A stretch of DNA of 64,000 nt. Origin: Schmidtea nova. Lineage: Eukaryota. The notes below the pieces were generated by a model. It had not been told where the DNA came from. It saw only the letters and a program-made list of their open reading frames with translations, and did no database searches. Below, piece by piece: positions 1-13,155 of this stretch. Each line of letters begins with the position of its first letter. Position 1 is the stretch's first letter. The stretch lies in NCBI GenBank assembly GCA_044892505.1, contig CM097883.1:389422001-389486000 (forward strand). Direction: 5' to 3'. Both the position numbers and the translations under genes were made by a program.

Positions 1-242
1 CAATAAACAAAGTGAGAAAAGATTTTTGTAACCGTCCTAACGTGAGGATAAAATCCAAACATAAAAGAAAGTGCAAATTGTTGAGAGTGTAAATCCTATT
101 GATTAAAACAAGTTAGGATAAATTGTATTTTGTGATGGTCATCAAATAAATTGTTCTGTGTTGGGTTTCATTGATTTTCGATAATTAAAGGACACGAGGA
201 GTCAGGTCTTTGAACAAATCTTAAACAAAGTAAAATAACCCA
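1..242 (+). mobile_element. 3' part of an LTR, family A (same family as solo LTR 57626-58350)
   Basis: Aligns by eye with 58113-58345 (gatttttgtaaccgtcctaacgtgagga ... aaggacacgaggagtcaggtctttgaa ... aaagtaaaataaccc). Confidence 0.75.
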
Positions 243-291
243 ATAAACACAAAACTTATTCCTTTAAGTAAACAAAATTTTATTATGTAAT

Positions 292-800
292 TTATTTATG
301 AATAATTGTGAATAAATCAGTATAACAAATTAACATAAAAACTAGTGCAAAGTGTTGAGGCGCTTTTGCATAGCCTATTATTTTTTTAATATTTGGCTCC
401 ATAATAGTAGTAGCTATTTTTAGTACAGCCTCTAAATGTAAATCATTCAATCTTGATTTTGTTGTACTTTTATTTAGATTCAATAAAGAAAAATTTTGTT
501 CACAAATATATCTTTAGCTGAAGATTACTAATATATTTTTCATTATTCAATTTCTTATAAAAAATTGAACAGATTCTCTTTCTCTTCTCGATATTTCTCT
601 TGTAAAGATTCATCATATTGCAAATTAATTATTGCATATTGCATATAAACAGGAACATCATCAACTTGTACAGAAAATGGGTTTCGGATAATAAATAAAA
701 TTTATCAATTTCTTTGAAGCAATCGAATCTCTACTCGAAATCTGTCTTTAGTGTATGGATATTTTTATTAAAGGTTTGAACCTTTTCCTTTGAAATATTT
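292..800 (-). pseudogene. hAT (Buster/GTF2IRD2-like) transposase C-terminal remnant
   Basis: Minus-strand translation with stops/frameshifts: TDFE*RFDCFK, PFSVQVDDVP...NLQYDESLQEKY...FYKKL, NKSTTKSRLNDLHLEAVLKIAT (hAT dimerization region). Confidence 0.7.
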
Positions 801-1100
801 AAAGATACGATCTGTAACGTTGGATCAAATGATCAAATTTGCATTCAGCCAGATTTCTAGAAACAAGAGCAAAATAAATTTGAACAAATAAATGTTTTCC
901 CATAAACATATATTAAATTTCCCTTTCCTTATTTGGCAAGGCCAACACTGGTGGCGTTGACAATCTGCTTTTAAGTTCGTAAAATGCTCTTTTTCTATCT
1001 TCATTCCACATAAAATTATTTTCACTCTTTAACATTGAACTCAATTTTTCTGATGTCGCTGCATAATTATTTATAAATCTACGGTAATAATTGCAAAATC

Positions 1101-1907
1101 CTAAGAAGGTCTGCAATTTTTTTTATATGTTGGCATTGTCCATGATCGTATACTCTCAATTTTCTCTGGGTCAGTTTTTACCCAATTCTCATTGATGACA
1201 TGTCCTAAATAATTAACTTCTGTTTTTAAAAATGAACACTTAGCTGGTGATAATTTCAGTCCTGACTCTTTAATTCGGCCTAATACAGTGTTCAATCTTT
1301 GATTATGTTCTTTGATGGTTCTCCCAAATATAAGAACATCATACAAATATACAACACACTTAATCCAATTTTCATTTCTCAAGACCGTGTTCATAAGCTT
1401 CTGAAAAGTGGCCGGCGCGGAACATAATCCAAATGGCATTTGTGTAAATTCGAATTGTCCATAATTTGTGCTAAAAGCTGTCTTCTCCATGTCACCTTCT
1501 TTTATTGGTACTTGGTAGTAACCACTTGATAGATCTAATGTAGAAAAAAACTTTGCTCCTCCAAGTGTATCAAAAAGATCTTCCGCAGCTGGTATTGGAA
1601 AAATTGATCTTGCCGTCTTTGCGTTCAGTGCCTTATAATCGACGCACATTCTAATGTCACCATTCTTTTTCCTTACAACCACAATCGGAAAATTCCACAC
1701 TGACTTGCTCGGTCTCACAATTCCAGCTCTTAATAAATCTTGTACCATGTAATCAACCTCTTCCTCCAGACCTAATGGTACCTTCCTCTGTTTAAAAGCA
1801 ATTGGCCGAGCGTTCCCAGCGTCAATTTCCTGATGTACTGATGTACTTTCCCCAATATCCATTTTATATTTACTAAAAACATCCTTATTTTCTTCTATTG
1901 TTCTCAC
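1101..1907 (-). pseudogene. Gypsy reverse transcriptase fragment, catalytic motif mutated
   Basis: RMCVDYKALN, FSTLDLSSGYYQV, MPFGLCSAPATFQ; YLYD where YLDD is expected. Confidence 0.9.
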
Positions 1908-2386
1908 TAACTCCTTTCTTTCGCTATATTTAATAGTACGATCTAAAGAATCTTCTATACTTCGTAATATTTTATCGACTGCCGTGATTTCTCTTCACTG
2001 TTCTGATGATGACATACTTACAATATTAGCCTTTTCTGCCGTTTTATCGTAAAATCTTTTTTTATAACCTAAAGTTTTTCATGCATGCAATTGTTTAATA
2101 CCAACTTCCATCTTATCGACTTTTACTAATACATATCCTTCATCAACTTTAAGCACGAAATCACTTATCAAAATTTCTCTCTCTGCCATTTTGACACTTT
2201 CACCATTAAACACACAACTTTGATTAAGATTCTTTAATCTCTAGTTCTGCTTATATATTGCCATTCCTCTGATAAAATACTCTCCGACTGTTTCCATCTG
2301 TACGTTACTTGATACAATAACTCTATAATAATCCTGATAACTGTTCCCCTAAGTCTCGTCTCTCCCTTCAACCGTATTACGACTCT

Positions 2387-2761
2387 CTAGTACAGTTGGG
2401 CTTCGTTTAAAGAAGCTGCTGGAATAGTTTTTGATAAGAATGGCAACCTAATTCCTTGGATCTCTATGCAGTCTTCTTGTGCATTAATGATAATTCCATA
2501 TTTCTTCATACTTCTTATCCCGATATAAACATGTGCAAATATATTTGGCATAATGTCAAATACATGACTTGTCACAATTGGTCCTATTGCTATGTTTAGC
2601 TGGATTTTACCTGCACATTCGATTGAGCTTCCATTAGCATATGTAACTCTTGTTTTTGAATTATACACCTTTATGGTTGGATTTGGGTTTATTAGTTCAT
2701 ATGTCAACTCCTGGCTAAAAACATTTAAATCTGCACCCGTATCAAACATAACTTTAACCAT
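2387..2761 (-). pseudogene. Gypsy aspartic protease fragment
   Basis: VMFDTGADLNV active-site motif and IGIRSM (hhG) motif. Confidence 0.85.
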
Positions 2762-5027
2762 CTGATGTCCAATGTAACATTCAGTTATTGGTTTATTCCA
2801 CGGTTTTTCCGGTCTGCTACTAGAGATAACTGTAGACTGGTATTTTTTTAACAGTTTTTTGGTTTTTCTTTTAAATTTTCATTTGGTCTCTTCGTCCCTT
2901 TATCAGACCTTACTTCTGTTATAGTATTTATATGCTTGTCATCTTCAGAATCGGTTTTTGATCCTCTCGCTGCACCATCCTCTTCCTCTCCATATTCTTC
3001 TTGGAAATATCTGAATTTATTCCTCTTGTCACAAAATCTAGCCAAATGACCACCACCGCATTCGTAACATTTAATCGCATTCATCCTATTTGTACCTATT
3101 CTGCAATTTGCTGCTATATGTCCCCCTTTTCCACACTAATAGAACGTCCTTGTATCAATGTTTCCACTGACATCCTTTTTAAGGCAAAATCTCACTATAT
3201 GCCCTTCTTTGTTATATTTAAAACATGAAACCTTTTGCTGATAGGAAGAAATGTCTTCTCTTACTTCTCTCGGATTTTAATTCGGTTTTCTCAATTGTTC
3301 CTTCTTCAATTATTCAATAATCTTGTTCAACCTGTCAATTTCTCTTTTTAAGAAATTTATTGTCCCTTCGTCCGTTGTCGTCAGTTTCCTAACTTGATTA
3401 TACTCGTCTTCCTTTTCTTTTACGCCAACATGCTCAATTTTTATCTCTTCTATAGCTTCTTCTAACGTTTTTGGCTCTCTGATCTTCAAGACTACCGAAA
3501 GAGTTTGGTTTCTCACACCTTCTATAAAGGCATGTATCATCATTTTTCTTTTTCTCCTTCGTAACGTAGGCATCGCATCCTTACTCTTTTTGCAAAATCT
3601 ACCACAGTCTCATCTCTTTCCTGTCAGGTGTCGTCGAGAATATTTATAATTATTGAGGTCTTTGACATTTTAATCTCTACAATTTTTAGAATCTTTTCTT
3701 TGTACGAGTCTATGGTTCTGGTTGTGCTAATATCTCCTAAGCATTCGATCTCTTTTACTATTTCTTCGTCAAAGTATTTTAAAATACTTTAATTTTTTCT
3801 TCTTAGGTTACCAAGTTGTGTTTGGTAAACTGATCAACAAAACTTTTGACGAGAATTAAATGATCTTCAATTTTAACGTTGGTTTCTCGCTTCTTGAATA
3901 TAATTAATTTTGATAACTTATCTTTAAATAAGTATTCCTGCAAGTATTCTTTTTCAGTTCATGATGTCATGTTATATTTTTATGGTTATATCTGAAATTT
4001 ACAACTGATTAAAAATATAATAATAATACCTTTATGTGATACCAATGATTAATAATAATACCAATGAATAACCAATGAAAATAATAATAAAATAAGATCA
4101 CAATATTATTTCAAAACTTTATTAACTTAAATAATTCTGCTAACTTTTAATATTTAAACAACTTAATAATTAAATATAACTAATGCATATAATCAATTCA
4201 TTAATTATATCACAATAATTCCCAATTTGTATAAAAAACGGAAGTCTTTTTATCCATTGTGATAACTCTGCTTAGCACAAAGGCGCCAGCAAAATAGGAG
4301 CATCAGTTAATATAATAAGTAAATCATTTTTGTTTAAATTTATATATGTGAAAAAAAATCAAAATTTCAATTTTGTTTACTTTTTTATTTCATAAAAATT
4401 ATTACAACGAATTTTGGTTTCAGCGTCATTTTCAACTATAATATGATAAATTTTCAGGAATTTAATACCATTGCTTATGAAAAAAATATTAAGAATTTTT
4501 CCATTCCCAGTGTCGATGGTCGATAACACTTTTTTAGGGCGACATTAATTCTAAACACTGACTTTAAATTTCATAAGATGCCACTGTATCAAGGGTTTCC
4601 AACCTTTTTTGCAATAGACCACCTTTTAGTAAATTGGTAGTGTAATGGGCGCCAAATATATTTTTAGCAAATGATCATAGTAAAAATCTAATTTTACGTA
4701 ATTTTACAGAAAAAAAGTAACTGTTCGATCTCTGACAGAATTTGATCAGCCAATTTTGCAAAATTAGGAGAGTAAGAGGCAATTCCAGTTCTTTTATTAT
4801 CTTAAAGATGCTCATCAGTGAGTTCGAGATCTACATTTTGATTTGATAATTTTGATTCTCAAAAATAAAGATTCATAAAGGTGATTGGAACCGATAAATA
4901 GTTTTATCTAGTAGGCTGCTTTTCTAAGCTTGGAGAACAATGTTCCAGATGTACTCATCCGATAAGCAAGATTTAAGCATAATATGATCCTGTAGATCTA
5001 CAATTTCTAGTCCTATTTCCTTAGCTT

Positions 5028-5825
5028 TGTTGGGGTTTGTCTGAAAAGGCACGAAAATAAAAAGCACAAAAACTATGTGCAAATCAATAAAAACATGAAA
5101 ATTTAAAATTTAATAATTAAAATACAAAAATTAATTAAAAATTTGGAAAATTAAAAACTAAATATTTAACGGGTGAAAGTGGCATAGGAGGATGCCAAAT
5201 GATGATACAAATTCAAATATGATAATATAAAATCAAAAACCGGTCCCCATATAGAAATAGTAAGAAAAAACAAATTAATTAAAGAAATTAATTACCCAAT
5301 GGAAAACCCGAGCTAGTTAGAAACCCAAGCCGTATTAGAAACCCGAGTCATCAACAAAATTATTTAATTATTAGGGAAAGTTGAATGATGAGGAAGCCCG
5401 GGTCGACGACAAATAAACCAATTAATTATCGGAAAACTAGTATAAAGTTGAAAACCTCAAGCGGTGAAGGGAAGCCAAAACTAAATAACATAATTGGTGT
5501 TTTAGATTAATTGATCAAGAGAAGCTTTAAAAAAAGCTTTAAAAAGAGAAGCAAATTTAGTATTCTTGCCAGTTTTTCGAAGATAGTTTTGCAAGTTATT
5601 CAGAAGGTTAGAATAACTTGCAGAGATTCACTTCAAATCAACTGTTGTATAACAGAAAGAGGGATCTCCAATTGCAAGACCTACTTATCGCTAAAAAGTA
5701 CAGATTATTAACAAGTGTTGACAACATTGTTATAAAAGTTATTGTTTTGGGTGACTTCTTTTGTAAAATGAGCACGAGGAGTCAGAGAGTTGTACCGACT
5801 TAATAGAAAATGTAAATTACAAACA
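5028..5825 (+). mobile_element. LTR family A copy inserted in the hAT transposase
   Basis: Starts tgttggggtt like 57626; shares aaacccgag motifs and gcacgaggagtcag; right end approximate, TSD not resolved. Confidence 0.6.
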
Positions 5826-6101
5826 GGAACAAGCTCTGAAATATAACCTGCCATTTTTAATATATTAACTTGTCATGTAAATGGATGAATTGTAAAAGAT
5901 ATCATTGGCTATATAATGCAGAATTGTTTAAATCTTTTTTTTCAAACTATTCGTTTAGCATTTGAAGGTGACAAATGAACAATGACAAATTAATTTTACT
6001 GTCGCAAGCCATTATCTTTATATTTAAAAAGTTTCCAAGAGTGCTCATCTGCATATGTGATACCCAAAAACTCAAATTTGCTCTAAAGGTGTATAAGGAA
6101 G

Positions 6102-7134
6102 TGTAATGAGTTGTTAATTTTTATTTTTCTTGAAATGTGTTTAATTTTCATTATTGTCTCTATTTTTTGTTATTGTTATTATTATTGTGACGTGCGTTGT
6201 ACCCCCCTTGTGGTTTTTGCATTATTGTTATAATTATTATTATATAATTTTAAATTTTGAATTTTAAATTTACTAACTATAGTAATCAACTAGGAAAGAA
6301 AAAAATCGATAAAAGAAAAATTAAAAATCAAATTACAAAACAAATCAGAAACAATCAGAATAGAATTAACAATCAGTATTAGCAATAAGAATAAACAATC
6401 AGAATCAACAATCCGAATTAACAATTAACAATAAGAATTAACAATCAGAATAGAATTGGTCAGAATAGAATTAACAATCAGAATTAACAATCAGAACAGA
6501 ATTAATCAGAATAGTATTAACAATCAGAATTAACAATCCGAATATAATTAGTCAGAATAGAATTAACAATTAACAATCAGAGTTAATAATCAAAATTAAC
6601 AATCAGAATTAACAATCTTATACGTGAGTAACGTGTTCTATAAAATATAGTTTTTTAGTTAAATTTTGTTACTTGTTATCGTAAATTTTTACATTACATA
6701 CACAGGCACCCCGACTGTCCCAACATAAATCGGTGACTTTCTCGGGCTTTACAAATTCCTCCACACAATACAAATCTCTTCCACAACACACATACATCCT
6801 TAACTAAATACCAGTCAAAAACATTATCACATACACATAATTTACAACCCACTATATTACAACATAATTGGTGTCAGAAGTAAAAACAACAAATCACACA
6901 ACATACGCATTCGTCGAATTTTTCTTCAAACGTTAACGCTTTTAGAATACCTATTATAGAGGTATAAAGATTAACGTCTCTGTTAGCCGAACACAGTAGG
7001 CTATATCCTTCATTCAACCTCATTTTTCTACATTAATAAACAACAACAAAACAAATCAAATGGCATCAAATCAAACAAACCCAAATACTTCACAAACACC
7101 CATTGACAACGAAAATACACAACCCCTGTGCACA
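6102..7134 (+). mobile_element. LTR family B insertion: LTR 6102-6861, tRNA-Leu-type PBS 6869-6881, leader and first 22 gag codons
   Basis: TGTAAT...ATTACA termini; TGGTGTCAGAAGT; ATG at 7060 gives MASNQTNPNTSQTP matching gag at 54787; whole insert is TG..CA flanked by GGAAG (6097-6101, 7135-7139). Confidence 0.75.
6340..6618 (+). repeat. Imperfect short tandem repeat (aattaacaatcag-like) inside LTR-B
   Basis: Many reiterations of aattaacaatcag / aatcagaatag. Confidence 0.85.
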
Positions 7135-8897
7135 GGAAGCGACATGTTTGTCTTTTCCTTGGAGCTCCTAGTTTAGATAATTTAATCTTTCCAAAATTCC
7201 TTTATTAAACCCAGATCAAATAATCGAAATGAAACAGCGTGTTCATCAAAGATTTAATTTCTGATCCTAAGTGCTGCTTTGTTTCTTCAATTAGACCCAA
7301 AATTCTTTTTAAAACTTTATCCATGTTAAGCTATCGTATCTCATTATGCAGGATAAAATCTTGCTCTTTATATACAATTTCAGCTAATAATGCATTAAAT
7401 AGCTGATTTTGAAAAGGTGCTGCTCCAATTAAATTAATAAATTTGACAATCTCTTTTATAATATGTTCATAAGGGAGTATTTTACTACACAAAGCTTCCT
7501 GATGTATTAATAAAATGATAATTTATTATGAAGGTAGGAAAATAATTATCCTACTTGCAAAAGCAAACATATGCCTTATTACAACAAACCATGTGTAAAA
7601 GCATGTTCATATACTTAGAATAAATGCCAAACGTTTTGTTAAGATCTTCACCAGTTGTCTGACCTTTCATGAGAAGTAATTTAAGTAAATCTTCTTTTAT
7701 AGTAAAGTCACTGAATATTATTCGTACCCTAACTTCTAACTGTGTTGTGTCCGCTACACCCGTAGACTCGTCAAATTGAAAAGAAAATCAGTCTCACATT
7801 TCTATGTCTTTTTTAAATTGAATTCTCATGCATGTTGAAATAATATGGATCCTTCTTATGACGGCGTTATTCGGCAACTGTAAATTTACAATTTCCGGTA
7901 TCATCTCTTCTACATACGTAAAACCTTTGAATACACAATCTATTCCAGTTACTATTCTGAAACGACTTTTTCTTTTTTTCAAGTATGTGGGAGATTTTCA
8001 AAGAAGTATTGGTACCATAGCAGGATCTAATTCTATAGTAACCAAATAATTGTAATTTTAACCAATAGTTATCCGTCGCAAGCAACTAGTGGGCGAAAAT
8101 ACTCGCATAAAGTGAGTGCTGTTATCAGAAATATAATTAATCAAGTAATTTTTACGGGTTCAAGAGCTATCGATATAAGATATGTGCTCATTTCAAAGTT
8201 TGGTCCCTTTTCTTCAAAGTAATGCTTTAAATTTGTAATGTTCGTTTCAAAGATCTTACTTTAACTTCTTAAAGCTCACACTATTCTTTTTATCTGAGAA
8301 ACTATGAAAATAGCTTTTGATATAAATGCAATTATTTAATTGAATACAGATTTAATCATTATATATAGTGTTACAGTCTTTTCAACAATCTTTTATTTTA
8401 AAATTTATAGATTTTGATGATAGTTACTCTGGAATCCCTAAAGATCGGACTCTCTCAACTCCTTAAATTATTTGAAATATTATGACAGTAAGAAATTAAA
8501 ATGAATAGAATTTTAATGGTCGGATAAATTGCTTTTATGACTTTTTTTCGAGGGATGCCATTGTATTTCAGCAGTAAAGAAAAGAAAACATTTAAAGATG
8601 AATTTAATAAGAACTATACTATTCAATCGTATTTCGGTATTGATCACGGCATATATCGTTAATTGCTGATCAGCAAAAAATCTATACAATCGGAACATAG
8701 TAAACCGGTAAGATTCAAATTATTAATTTTAATTTACTTGTCAAGAAGTAATTAAATTCAAATCTTCTTCCATAATCATTTATTTAATTGATACAACAAT
8801 TTCAAATTTTACAAGTTTATTTTTGAATATTTAAACACTGAGGCATTTGTAATTCTAATATTAATGAGGATATTACTCATATGTATTTAAAATTATA

Positions 8898-9125
8898 TTA
8901 ATATACAATATATAAAATTTTAATAGTTAAATTAATTAATTTAATTATTTTTAATTTAAAAGGAGTTTTGAAACTCCTTACATCCCCTTCTTTAAAATGT
9001 TTAATCGTTTCAATATTTCTGACTGTAGTCTTCCCATTCTTGTCTTTTAATAAATAACTTCTTTCATTAATTTGTTTTTTACTGTATATAACATTCATAC
9101 CTCTCGTGTTCTTTATTTCGAATCT
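8898..9125 (-). mobile_element. Gypsy 3' remnant: integrase tail, polypurine tract and LTR start
   Basis: SYLLKDKNGKTTVRNIETIKHFK then AAAGAAGGGGA followed by TGTAAGG (LTR starts at 8982, reading leftward). Confidence 0.6.
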
Positions 9126-9862
9126 TGATCTATAGTCATACAATTATTATTATGAAAATTATTGATTTAAATAAAGAGATCAAAGATGAAACTAATAGAT
9201 AATTATGGCATTCTTAAATGCAAAATAATTGTAACAAATAAAACAAAAAAATATTTTCTAATAAATTGTATATATAAGTTCTGCGAACAAATAATTTCTC
9301 TAATTTCTCTTTATTCAAAAAAAATCTTTAATTTATTACTCCTTTATTCGAAAAATACAGCTGTTGATAATATAAGTACTATAAATTAAAATTTTTATTT
9401 AGTAATTATAGTTCTCAGAAGCATATGACACAAAGTAATAGAGGCTTAGCATGATAACAATCACTTTTTAAAGTAATTTGGTGTCTATATAAATTGTACT
9501 CTATTGCATCTGTTTTCACTGTGCACAAAAAATCAGCAGAATGCATGTTTTATGTGAATTTCTTGATATTAAAAAAATTTATCCACTTCCGTAAATCAAA
9601 GATTCAAACCTTGTGTAAGTGTACCAGTACCGGTACGCGGACAATCATCAACCGCACACGAATGACTTTACAATTTAAAACAAAAATCTATTAAAATCTG
9701 CATTACAAAAAAAGAAAATAAATGACTAAAATAACTCATATCTTTTAATATTTTTGTTTCTGTTGTATTACTTCAATGGTATTTACCTAATCTCAAAAGA
9801 TGCCGTCTATACCTCAATCTATTATCTATAACTGTCCCATAAAAAATTGGCACGTTTATTCT

Positions 9863-9867
<5 letters not shown>

Positions 9868-9943
<76 letters not shown>
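9868..9943. repeat. (TA)n microsatellite; others at ~24087-24158, 30137-30185, 36888-36927, 37159-37214, 39267-39322, 39597-39677, 40097-40168, 47189-47245, 50002-50082
   Basis: Direct reading. Confidence 0.98.
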
Positions 9944-9950
<7 letters not shown>

Positions 9951-9958
9951 CCCAAGTT

Positions 9959-12121
9959 CAGGGGCGCGCCGAGCTGTTAGGCCGCTTGAGTGCAAAATAA
10001 TTTCCCGCCGCTCTTCATCCTTGCTGCAAAAAAGTTTCTATAATCCAAAATAAAAATAACATTTAATCAAAGTAAAAATTAAACTAACTACGGAAGAACA
10101 CACATATCACATGCAATAGTTTATGAAAATTATAGTTTATTAATCACAAAACAGATAAGTTTAGGAAAGTTATAGTTTAGTACACACAAACAATAGAAAG
10201 TTTATGAAATTAATAGTTTACTACTCATACAAAAGAGACTTTTCTTGCCTTGTTCAAAGCAAATTGTGAAATTAAGTCATGCATATCTAAATTATCTAGG
10301 ATTTCATGTTCTATTGAAATTATTGATATATTACTTAAACGTTCCTGGAGCATAGTTGATCGTAAATAATTTTTAATTATCTTCAATTTTGAAAACGATC
10401 TTTCACCTGTTGCAACTGAGATTGGTAATGTTAATAGAATTCTGGTCACAATAAATATATTTGGGAATGTTGCCTGAAGATCATTTTGTAAAATATATAA
10501 TAATATAGATTGAGGTTTAATATCTTCTTCTTTTAAAAATACCTTTATAGTTTTTATCTCTTCGAATAAATCAATTCCATTAATATCGGACTCATTTCTT
10601 TGTTCGTCAGTTAATTTCAAATGTAAATCTTTGCAGCTTTTCAAAAGTATTTCTTCTGTTATATCTTTAATATTATACATAAATCCAAATATATCATTAT
10701 ACGATTTTAACGCTTCGTATCTTGTTGTAATTGATACTAATGCTTGGTCGATAATGCAGAAATAAAAGTTAATTTTAAAATTTGTTTTTGGATCTAATAT
10801 TGGTTCATCCTTGCCTTCATAATCAAAATTTGTTGTTTTTCTTCTTATTCTTAAACTTGAAACTTCTGGAAATTTAGGTTCTACGTGTAATTTTTCGGCT
10901 AATTCACTATCTGATGTAAGCATTTTTTCAAATCCTTTATCATTACGACAATTTTTAAAAAACTATTAAATCATCTAACGCGGTAACGCTTCTATTGATA
11001 TCGGTGTTTGGGTTCTGTAATATTTGACTAACAACATTAATTTTCATCAAAATTTCATGCCAAATAACAATGGAACATAAATAACGATAACTTGATATTT
11101 TTAGTGAAAGAGAATTTGCCACATGTCTGGTTTTAAAGTCAATCAATTGATCATTTGATATTTCAAGAAGAGATTTATAAATTTGTTCAGTATGATACCT
11201 TAGTGGTTGTATGGCATCAATTCTACTTGACCACCTTGTATCGCTCAGGGGTTTTAATTTTAAATTCGGTAAATATTTTACTATTATCGCCCATCTTTTA
11301 GTTGACGCCGAAAAAACTACATATATTTCTTGTACTAAATCAAAAAATGTTACTGTTTCATGTGAAATATGTGCCGCATCATTAACAACTAAATTTAAGC
11401 TATGAGCAGAACATGGTACAAAAAATGCTCGCGGGTTGATATTTAAAATTCTTTTTTGTAAGCCATTATGCTTTCCTCGCATATTGGCACCATTGTCATA
11501 TCCCTGTCCACGCATATTATGAATATTTAAATTTAGATTTGAAAGTTCTTTTGAAACAAATTCGGTTAACCCCTCGCCGGTAGTATTTGTTATTTGATAG
11601 AAACCCAAAAAATGTTCACGTATTTCAATTTTTTTTGATTCCAAATTCACAATTCTTATTACAATAGTTAATTGCTCAGCCAATACAAAAAGCAGCGTTT
11701 AAATAAACTGAAATCAATGCAGAGTTTGAAGAATTCGCTTTCAAAATATTTTGAAAATACACCAACAGCGTCGTCAAGCACACCTATAGAAATAGAAAAT
11801 AATGTCACCATATCTGTTGACGATAAACTAAACACTAAATGACTTTGACAACTTGTCAAAGTTATTTAGTGTAATAGTATTTGTCAATGACAAGCCAAGA
11901 CAGATATATAAAAATTAATGGAGTGCGTTCAATGATACTACACAAACTGTGTGCGTTCAGTAACAAAATAGTCGAAACTTTTTTTTTATTTTACAAAATG
12001 AAAAAATGAATTTTGCAAAATGAAATTGTTGTTTTTGCAAATGCATTTTTTTAATTTGCCGCCTTTCAAACGGCCGCCTGCGTGCCACGCACGCGTTGCA
12101 CGCCCGCTTGGAGCGCCCCTG
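9959..12121 (-). mobile_element. hAT transposon (ZMYM1/Tip100-like group), internally deleted, with TIRs and 8-bp TSD
   Basis: TIRs CAGGGGCGCGCC (9959) and CAGGGGCGCTCC (reverse, ending 12121); identical flanking CCCAAGTT at 9951-9958 and 12122-12129. Confidence 0.93.
10225..11683 (-). pseudogene. hAT transposase, N-terminus deleted, one frameshift near 10940
   Basis: EQLTIVIR, RGQGYDNGANM, CSAHSLNL, SDTRW, PISVATGERSFSKLKIIKNYLRSTM (Dimer_Tnp_hAT-type C-terminus). Confidence 0.92.
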
Positions 12122-12994
12122 CCCAAGTTACTTGTATTTATTACAAATGTTCTCAATCGCCTTTTATTTCCCATTTCAAAATATTTGGTCTGCATCAAAA
12201 TTGCTTACAACGTACAGGTACGGTACTATAAAAGGTTGAGAACCCCTGCTGAAAATGAATCAAATTACGAAACAGAGTTTTCATTCCAAATTTTAACAGC
12301 AACATGTACAGGGCCGGGAACCCCAGGTACATAGAATTTACGATAAATTACTAATACTATTAACTCAAATTTCAATATTCTCATTATCACAAACTCCGTG
12401 GAAATAAATAATTTTAATTATTAAAACAATAACAATTTACTCTGAATAAAAATCAAAAAGTAAATTTCATAAAATGTATTATAATGAATTAATTTTTTTA
12501 AAATCTAAAATTCTCTAATTAATCTCTCAAATTATTATAGCAATATTTTTCAAAAGATGTTTTTAGCGACGTAAAATAAACCAAGAAATGTCTTTTTCTA
12601 AAACATAATTACAAATCCCTAATTAGTTAATTACTCTAATAAACACTATTTAAATAAATATTTATTTCTAGGTAAAAATAAAAATAGTAAAATAAATAAA
12701 ACACAAATATTGTTAATTACATTTTGAAAATAGATTTAGTAATACATTTACTGTTAAAAGTGAATGAAAAATGTTCAGCTTTGAAGATCAAGAAAGGGAA
12801 ATGAGTATTTTTGGATTACATTTGGAGGTGAAATCCGAAATTTATTCATTATAATTATATGAGAGTTATAAAATGTTAAACCATTTCTATATCCAATCTG
12901 CCATAATCGGGGAATTTTTCGGTCCCACTCACGCAATTTTTGTGTTAAAATAGATCCGGATTTATTTATTTGTATCCATCTATCCAGCTGTCTA

Positions 12995-13155
12995 GTGCAC
13001 TTGACTGCATGTCACAAGTCTATGCATGCATGATTCCAATGTTCTACACATTTCTCTACTTATAGGATGACGTGTTCACGTGTATTTGACTGCATGTTAT
13101 AAATGTGTGTGCATGCATGCCTAGAATGCCTTACACATTTTTTCGCTTATAGCAG
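12995..13155 (+). repeat. Two diverged tandem copies of a ~83-bp unit
   Basis: ttgactgcatg...gcatgcatg...acacattt...cttatag occurs twice in tandem. Confidence 0.6.

Larger units (their letters stand above)
825..3970 (-). mobile_element. Degenerate, 3'-truncated Ty3/Gypsy LTR retrotransposon (gag-PR-RT-start of RNase H)
   Basis: gag pieces 3310-3970, degenerate knuckle CYECGGGHLARFC (2848-3084), protease FDTGAD (2387-2761), RT (1101-1907), FLGFCNYYRRFI (913-1116); many stops and frameshifts. Confidence 0.92.
4590..8330 (-). pseudogene. Buster/EPM2AIP1-GTF2IRD2-like hAT transposase, decayed and interrupted by two LTR insertions
   Basis: Collinear minus-strand motifs: KISHILEKKKK, LQLPNNAVIRRI, FQFDESTG..TTQL, GQTTGED, IHQEALC, HNEIR*L, LQGKDKH (7140-8100); YTFRANLSFW, F.KRF, HPF (5830-6100); EIVDLQ, KSKCRSRTLTDEHL, SYSPNF (4740-5027); TIR-like caagggtttccaacctttttt at 4590. 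Confidence 0.75.

Noticed and set aside
4035-4214. 5' LTR and TGGTATCA PBS of the minus-strand Gypsy
   Set aside because: Plausible, but no partner LTR is present and three cattggt repeats make the boundary ambiguous
9773-10053. YIYIYI-rich ORFs (also 39582-39812)
   Set aside because: Translation of (TA)n microsatellites
4590-12248. Pairing the hAT-like ends at 4590 and 12248 into one large element
   Set aside because: Flanking 8-mers differ (cactgtat versus ctgaaaat), so no TSD supports it
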